Of a stretch of DNA of 64,000 nt, positions 58,074 to 64,000 are shown piece by piece. The DNA comes from an uncultured Verrucomicrobiae bacterium. GTDB taxonomy: Bacteria; Verrucomicrobiota; Verrucomicrobiia; Limisphaerales; Palsa-1400. The notes below the pieces were generated by a model. It was not told where the DNA came from. It made no database searches and saw nothing but the letters and a program-made list of their open reading frames with translations. Made by a program: the position numbers and the translations under genes. Location of the stretch: assembly GCA_963764165.1 (NCBI GenBank), contig CAVXRD010000001.1, positions 640,001-704,000 on the forward strand. Direction: 5' to 3'. The first letter of the stretch is position 1. Each line of letters starts with the position of its first letter.

Positions 58074-59561
58074 ATGGCCTTCGCGTCGTTCGGCCAATTC
58101 GTGCAGGCGTTGGAACAGGCGGGCGAGCTTGCGCGGATCCGCGAGCCGATGGCGACGGAATTGGAAATCACCGAACTGGCCGATCGCGAAATGAAATCGC
58201 CCGGCGGCGGCAAGGCGCTGCTGATCGAAAAGCCGCTCGTCCATGGCCAAGTCTCGCCCTTCCCGCTGGCGATCAACACTTACGGATCAAAACGCCGCAT
58301 GGCCATGAGCCTCGGCGCGGATTCCGTAGACGCCGTTGCCGCCGAACTTGGCGCGCTCTTGAAAGCCAAGCCGCCCACGAGTCTCGGCGAGGCAATCAAG
58401 CTGCTCGGCTCCGCCATGGATTTGCGCCATGCCAAACCAAAACTGGTATCCAAAGGCGCGTGCCAAGACGTCGTTCATCAAGGCGCGGAGTTATCAGCCA
58501 ATTCAACCGGCGAATGTCCAACGCTTCTCTCCATGCCGATATTGAAATGCTGGCCGATGGACGCCGGACGTTTCATCACCCTTCCCTGCGTGGTGACGAA
58601 AGACCCCGACACCGGCGAGCGCAACGTCGGAATGTATCGCATCCAGATTTACGACGGCCAGACGACGGGCATGCACTGGCAATTGCACAAGGTCGCCGCA
58701 CGTCACGGCAAGCGTTATTACGAGACAGGCCAGCGCATGCCCGTCAGCATTTTTCTCGGCGGCGATCCAGTGCTGGCATTTTCCGCCACCGCCCCGCTGC
58801 CGGATGGCTTGGACGAATTTCTCCTGGCGGGCTACCTGCGAAAGAAGAGCGTGAATCTCGTCAAATGCGTGACAAACGATCTCGAAGTTCCCGCCGATGC
58901 GGATTTCGTCATCGAAGGATACGTCGATCCCAAGGAACCATTGCGGACGGAAGGACCGTTCGGAGATCACACCGGCTATTACTCGCTGGCCGATTTGTAT
59001 CCCGCATTTCACGTGACAGCCATCACGCACCGGCGCGACGCCGTTTATCCCGCGACTATCGTCGGCATTCCGCCGATGGAGGATTTTTACATGGGCACGG
59101 CGAGCGTCCGGATTTTCCTGCCGGTGTTCAAAATGAATTTCCCCGAATTGGTGGACATCGCGCTCCCCGCTGAGGGCGTTTTCCATAATCTCGTGTTCGT
59201 GAGCATCAAGAAAACCTATCCGATGCAGGCCTACAAAATCATGCACGGCCTATGGGGCATGGGCCAGATGATGTTCACGAAATATATCGTCGTCGTCGAT
59301 GAGGACGCCGACGTCCATAACACCAGCGAAATCCTTTTCCGCCTTTGCGCCACAACCGATCCGCAGCGCGACTGCATTTTCACCCGCGGCCCCGCCGACG
59401 TCCTCGACCACGCCACCAGCGAGCTCGCGATCGGTTCAAAGCTAGGCTTCGACGCCACCCGCAAACTGCCTGGTGAAGGCTTCAAACGCGAATGGCCACC
59501 GCTCATCAAGATGGACGAAGCGGTCAAGCGAAAAATCGACGAATGGCGAAGGCAAGGGTAG
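58074..59561 (+). CDS. UbiD-family decarboxylase (menaquinone-biosynthesis type)
   Basis: NVGMYR, EGPFGDHTGYY, GIPPMED, GLWGMGQMMFTK. Confidence 0.9.
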   Translation: MAFASFGQFVQALEQAGELARIREPMATELEITELADREMKSPGGGKALLIEKPLVHGQVSPFPLAINTYGSKRRMAMSLGADSVDAVAAELGALLKAKPPTSLGEAIKLLGSAMDLRHAKPKLVSKGACQDVVHQGAELSANSTGECPTLLSMPILKCWPMDAGRFITLPCVVTKDPDTGERNVGMYRIQIYDGQTTGMHWQLHKVAARHGKRYYETGQRMPVSIFLGGDPVLAFSATAPLPDGLDEFLLAGYLRKKSVNLVKCVTNDLEVPADADFVIEGYVDPKEPLRTEGPFGDHTGYYSLADLYPAFHVTAITHRRDAVYPATIVGIPPMEDFYMGTASVRIFLPVFKMNFPELVDIALPAEGVFHNLVFVSIKKTYPMQAYKIMHGLWGMGQMMFTKYIVVVDEDADVHNTSEILFRLCATTDPQRDCIFTRGPADVLDHATSELAIGSKLGFDATRKLPGEGFKREWPPLIKMDEAVKRKIDEWRRQG

Positions 59562-59704
59562 AGCCACTGACTGGCCCAAATCAAACGCGAATTTGAACGG
59601 GAGGAAGGCCGAGGAACGGAGAGAAAAATGATCCGCGGGCAAAGGGCATTTTTTTATGTTTTCCTGGCATTTCACCTGCCTAATTTCAGTCTTATCAAGA
59701 TTCC

Positions 59705-60157
59705 ATGCGCGCCGTTATTCAACGGGTAAGCCATGCCGAAGTGGCCATTGGCGGAGCTGTCAAAGCAAACATCCAGAGCGGACTGCTGGTGCTTCTTGCC
59801 ATCGAAGACGCCGACAACGGCGAAGACATCGAATGGCTGAGCGGAAAGATCCTCCGCCTGCGCATCTTCACCGATGAAGAGGGCTTGATGAACCGCTCCG
59901 TGCAGGACATAGGCGGCGGGATATTGCTGGTCAGCCAATTCACGCTTTTCGCCAGCACCAAGAAAGGAAACCGCCCGTCCTTCTCAAAATCCGCGTGTCG
60001 AGAAATCGCAATTCCGATATACGAACAGGTCATTGCCAAACTGACGGCAGATATGGGCAAGCCGATTCAAACCGGGGAGTTCGGCGCAGACATGAAAGTT
60101 TCCCTGCTGAACGACGGGCCTGTGACTATTGTCATTGACACAAAGAACCGGGAATGA
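59705..60157 (+). CDS. dtd: D-aminoacyl-tRNA deacylase
   Basis: MRAVIQRV, SQFTL, KGNRPSF, NDGPVT. Confidence 0.96.
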   Translation: MRAVIQRVSHAEVAIGGAVKANIQSGLLVLLAIEDADNGEDIEWLSGKILRLRIFTDEEGLMNRSVQDIGGGILLVSQFTLFASTKKGNRPSFSKSACREIAIPIYEQVIAKLTADMGKPIQTGEFGADMKVSLLNDGPVTIVIDTKNRE

Positions 60158-60406
60158 TTTGTGCTTGAAAGTCCGATCCAGAAGCCGCAAGTTGCATCTT
60201 GTCCCCAACCTGATGGCATGCGCCATGGGCATCCTCTTGGGGCTGGGAATTGAACTGCTTTGCGGGATAAAGCCGCGCGGTTCGCAGAGTTGACACGCCG
60301 CCGGCCATTACAATTTCGCCGCAATTTCCAAATTGCTGGATGCGGTCGCCAGATGCTAGGTTTCGTTCGTGCTGCCATCCTGAGATTCCAATAATAGGAT
60401 TAATCA

Positions 60407-61312
60407 ATGAACTTTGGCTTCAATCTTGAATGGCCTCCGTATGTGGGGAGCGTGGTTGGAATTCTGGCGAGCGCCGCGGCGGTGATCGGCGCTTTGGTTG
60501 CGGGAGTCCTCATGATGCGCAGGCTGATTCTGGCGTGGCGCAACTGGGGCAAGCCTGTCGCGCTGGGTGCGTTTGCCAGCCGGGCTGACTTGCTGAACGA
60601 GAGCATGCCTGTCGTGGGGCTGCGGGAGGGCAAGGAAGTCGGACGCGCTTTTGACGTCATTTTAGATTTGCAGACGGGATGTGTCGCTGGCTTCCGGGTT
60701 AGGGCGCGCTGGCACAAGCGGCTTTTGCCGTTCGAGCGAGTCAAGAGCATCGGGCGCGATGCAATTACCGTCGAGTCCGCAGCCGAATTGCAGGTGCCGG
60801 ACACGCTGCCGGCGCTGGCCGCGTTGGCAAATTCGAAATACCGGTGGGAGGAATGCGAGGTCGTAACGGAGGCCGGTTCCAAACTTGGAACTGCCTCCTG
60901 GCCCGATCTCTGGTATAACCGGCTCGACGGCGTCGTTGAGCTGGCCATCGAAACATCCCATCATTCAATGATGAACGGTCTGCTCTCGTGGGCCATCGAG
61001 CTGGCCTCGGTATTTCAGCCAATCGACGACTGGATCGGCCAGCCGGCCAAACTCTCGGTGCGAGCGCCGCTGCGCGCGTTTCGCGCCGCCAGCCGCAGAA
61101 TGATCATTCTTAGCACGGAGGGAGAAGCGCAGTTCCAGTCAGCTATGCAAACGCAGGCGCGCCAGACCCGCGAAAGCGTCGACAATTTTCTTGGCAAATT
61201 GAAGGATTTTATGAATCGGCGCTGGCGGGGATGCCCGCGCCCTTCCCCGAGCCCAGGCCTCAGCGCTTCCGCCGCGGCTCCGCAGTCCTCAGGGGCCGAC
61301 CGCAAAGATTAA
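60407..61312 (+). CDS. Membrane-anchored PRC-barrel protein
   Basis: N-terminal TM segment; MPVVGLREGKEVGRAFDVILD...LPFERVKSIGRDAITV; second VVTEAGSKLG unit. Confidence 0.65.
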   Translation: MNFGFNLEWPPYVGSVVGILASAAAVIGALVAGVLMMRRLILAWRNWGKPVALGAFASRADLLNESMPVVGLREGKEVGRAFDVILDLQTGCVAGFRVRARWHKRLLPFERVKSIGRDAITVESAAELQVPDTLPALAALANSKYRWEECEVVTEAGSKLGTASWPDLWYNRLDGVVELAIETSHHSMMNGLLSWAIELASVFQPIDDWIGQPAKLSVRAPLRAFRAASRRMIILSTEGEAQFQSAMQTQARQTRESVDNFLGKLKDFMNRRWRGCPRPSPSPGLSASAAAPQSSGADRKD

Positions 61313-61328
61313 TTGCGAACATTGGACT

Positions 61329-62069
61329 TCAGACTCTCCAGGCGCTTTTCCATGGTGACCGCTGTTTGTCACAAGACCACTCGATCAGCCAAGCCCGGGG
61401 CGTGATGCACAACTGGACCACCAAACCAAGGTTCATCAGGGCGATGTGCGCCAAATCCCGCACCGGACGGAAGTGCGATTGCCGCAATTGGCCGGGCTCG
61501 TAACTGCATTGCACCGGAATAGCCACGATCGCCGTGCCGGCCCACGAAGCGCGCACCATTATTTCCAATTCAAACGCGAACCGCCCGGAACGAACCTTCA
61601 GCCGTTGCGCCAGCAAAATGGGGTAGCAGCGAAATCCGCACTGGGAATCGCCAAGGCGAACCCCTGTCTCCACCCGAAACCAAAAGCTGGAAACCGCGTT
61701 GGCCCGCCGGCGGCCAGCGGGGCAGTTCGATGCGTAAAAGTCGCGCACACCTACTATGAGGGCGGCTGGCTTTGCGGCCGCAGCTTCCATCATTTTCGGA
61801 AGATCGGAGGCGAAATGCTGGCCGTCAGCATCCATTGTGATCACATGACTGAAGCCAAGCTCCGCCGCCCGCTTGAAGCCGGCGGCCAGCGCCGCTCCCT
61901 TTCCGCAATTGAACTCCAAACGCAGCGTTCGGCATCCCGGCACTTCCGCCAACGGCACCGCCGACCCGTCGTCCACGATGATAACCGGGCAAAACTCCCG
62001 CGCCGCGCCCGCCACGGCGGCGACGGTGGCGGCGTGGTCAAAACACGGTATGACGATGCAAGGGTTCAC
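61329..62069 (-). CDS. Glycosyltransferase family 2
   Basis: VIPCFD, VDDGS, GKGAAL, MDADGQH, DSQCGFRCYP. Confidence 0.9.
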   Translation of the reverse strand: MNPCIVIPCFDHAATVAAVAGAAREFCPVIIVDDGSAVPLAEVPGCRTLRLEFNCGKGAALAAGFKRAAELGFSHVITMDADGQHFASDLPKMMEAAAAKPAALIVGVRDFYASNCPAGRRRANAVSSFWFRVETGVRLGDSQCGFRCYPILLAQRLKVRSGRFAFELEIMVRASWAGTAIVAIPVQCSYEPGQLRQSHFRPVRDLAHIALMNLGLVVQLCITPRAWLIEWSCDKQRSPWKSAWRV

Positions 62070-62145
62070 AGCGGTTGATATTCAGCAACTGACGGATTCG
62101 GTTCGCGACGCAGCCAGGCGCTTAACGCGGCTTGCGCTTAAATTA

Positions 62146-62222
62146 TGGTGCCAGCGAGTGGAATCGAACCACTGACCTCGGGCTTATGAGTCCCACGCTC
62201 TAACCAACTGAGCTACGCTGGC
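62146..62222 (-). tRNA. tRNA with CAT anticodon (elongator Met or Ile2; not initiator)
   Basis: GCCAGCGTAGCTCAGTTGGTTAGAGC...CTCATAA...GGTTCGATTCC...GCTGGCACCA; G1-C72 paired; CCA encoded. Confidence 0.92.
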
Positions 62223-62329
62223 TGGCTGTGCCGCCTTATATTTCGCGGACATCGCCCGCCGTGTCAATTTGGATTTTTCCCTTGATTAGCGCCCGTTCGC
62301 ATTTAAGTTGCCCTGAGTAAATCAATTGC

Positions 62330-63292
62330 ATGAAAACACTCAGCCAGTTTGTCCATTTATTTGCCACTGCCGCTTCGGTCGCCGCCGCGGTCGCGATCGT
62401 TATTCCTGCGCAGGCGGGCGATGCCCCGAAGAAAATCCTTTTTTTCTCGAAGTCATCCGGGTTTGAGCATCCGATGATCGTGGAGAAAAACGGCGCCAAG
62501 AGCAAGGCTCAGGTCATTCTGGAGGAGATCGGCAAGCAGCATAATTACGAATTTACGTTCACCAAGGATGGCTCGGTCTTCACGCCGGAGAATATCAAGA
62601 AGTATGACGCTTTCTTTTTTTACACCACCGGAGACTTGACGGAGGCTGGCACCGACAAACATCCTCCCATGAGCAAGGAGGGAAAGGCTGCCTTCCTGGA
62701 AGCAATCTATCGTGGAAAAGGATTCATCGGGACACATTCGGCAACCGACACGTTCCACTCGCCCGGCGGCAAGGAGCACAGCCCTGCGCGATGGCTGTTG
62801 GACGGCGACAATGCCGATCCCTATGTCAAAATGATCGGGGCGGAATTCATTATCCACGGCAACCAGCAGCCCGCGCATCAAATCGTGGTGGATAAGAATT
62901 TTCCGGGAATGGCGGCGGTGCCGGACGGCTTCGGGCCAAACGAAGAGTGGTATTCCCTCAAGAATTTCCAGGCCAATCTGCACGTCCTGCTGGTGCAGGA
63001 CACTTCAACCATGAAGAAGACCGCCAATGATGGCCCGGCCTATGATCGTCCAAATTATCCGTCCACCTGGGCGCGGCTGTACGGCCAAGGCCATGTCTTT
63101 TACACCAGCATGGGCCATCGCGATGACGTCTGGAGCAGCCCGGTGTTTCAATCGGTGCTGATCGGCGGCATTGATTGGGCCGTTGGCCGCGTAAAGGCCG
63201 ACGTCACACCCAATATCAACACCGCCGCGCCCGAAGCAGACGTCCTCCCCCCTCCCCCAAAGCCCGCGCCGCCAAAAGCTGCGAAGAAGTAA
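62330..63292 (+). CDS. Secreted ThuA-like domain protein
   Basis: KKILFFSKSSGFEH, GFIGTHSATDT, EEWY, VFYTSMGH. Confidence 0.85.
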   Translation: MKTLSQFVHLFATAASVAAAVAIVIPAQAGDAPKKILFFSKSSGFEHPMIVEKNGAKSKAQVILEEIGKQHNYEFTFTKDGSVFTPENIKKYDAFFFYTTGDLTEAGTDKHPPMSKEGKAAFLEAIYRGKGFIGTHSATDTFHSPGGKEHSPARWLLDGDNADPYVKMIGAEFIIHGNQQPAHQIVVDKNFPGMAAVPDGFGPNEEWYSLKNFQANLHVLLVQDTSTMKKTANDGPAYDRPNYPSTWARLYGQGHVFYTSMGHRDDVWSSPVFQSVLIGGIDWAVGRVKADVTPNINTAAPEADVLPPPPKPAPPKAAKK

Positions 63293-63318
63293 GAAGTAAA
63301 TTGTGAGAATGGGATAAA

Positions 63319-64000
63319 ATGGCTGGAGAACCCGTAAGAGTTTTATTAATCGACGACGAGGAGGCATTTTTTATTCTCCTGCGCCGGATGCTGGCCAAGG
63401 TGCCCGGCAAAAAATTCGTCACCGACTGGGCTCCCAACTACGATGAGGGCCTGAAGGCGCTCAAGGAAAACCGCCACGACGCCTGCCTGCTGGATTACCG
63501 CCTCGGGCTCCACACCGGGCTGGAGCTTCTGCGCGAAGCCACCGCGGCGCGCATCCAGGCCCCGATTATCATCTTGACGGGATCGGACGACGCGCGGGTC
63601 GATCTGGAAGCCACCGAATTGGGCGCTGCGGATTTCCTGCTCAAAGATCAATTGGATCCGGTCATCCTGGAGCGGGTGATCCGTTATTCCGTCCAGCACG
63701 CCGCGACGCTCCAGGCGCTCCAGAAAAGCCACGAGCGCTTTCGGCTCCTGTTCGAGCGCAGCCTGGATGCCATTCTCATTTCCGACGATGCCGGCCGGTT
63801 CGTTGAGGCCAATGGCGCGGCGTGCGTGCTGTTCGGTTTGAACCGCGAGCAGGTGCGCGAATGGACGTGGGGCGATCTCTCGGTCGAGGCGCTGGCCCAG
63901 CTCAACGAGCGCCGTTCCGAGGGCCTCGGCGAAATGTCGTTCGTCAAACCCAACGGCGAGCGCTGCTTCATCGAATTTTCCTCCACTCAACTGGCCGCCA
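63319..64000 (+). CDS. Receiver + PAS signalling protein, 5' part (runs off window)
   Basis: My translation: VRVLLIDDE...ACLLDYRL...IILTG...DFLLK, then FRLLFERSLDAILISD. Confidence 0.85.
   Translation, partial: MAGEPVRVLLIDDEEAFFILLRRMLAKVPGKKFVTDWAPNYDEGLKALKENRHDACLLDYRLGLHTGLELLREATAARIQAPIIILTGSDDARVDLEATELGAADFLLKDQLDPVILERVIRYSVQHAATLQALQKSHERFRLLFERSLDAILISDDAGRFVEANGAACVLFGLNREQVREWTWGDLSVEALAQLNERRSEGLGEMSFVKPNGERCFIEFSSTQLAA

Noticed and set aside
61329..62222. tRNA 3' end as an integration site
   Set aside because: No integrase and no duplicated tRNA 3' fragment seen in the window

Overview
A GC-rich bacterial chromosomal segment; gene content and repeat style suggest Verrucomicrobiota (inference). 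Housekeeping genes include modABC, recN, recG, hpf, a ParA ATPase, waaF-lpxK, parE, fpg-trpF-tag, gluQ, panC, pyrE-ubiD, dtd and one tRNA(CAT). The window also has an imuA-imuB-dnaE2 mutagenesis cassette, three toxin-antitoxin loci and several secreted hydrolases. The most notable structure is a dense set of REP/REPIN-like palindromic elements: at least 9 copies of family A (GGTAG-GGACGCCTCG[C/G]CGAGGCGTCC) plus several other families. No RAYT transposase is present in the window. A complete IS1182-family element (23082-24764) and a 140-bp MITE with matching terminal repeats (48701-48840) have each inserted at the same hairpin apex of a family-A REP, with 4-bp target duplications. Two repeat copies are translated in frame inside protein genes (gluQ and a GH13 amylase). 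Two single-base frameshifts are visible (a cardiolipin synthase and an antitoxin-like ORF). No CRISPR array, rRNA gene or prophage was seen.
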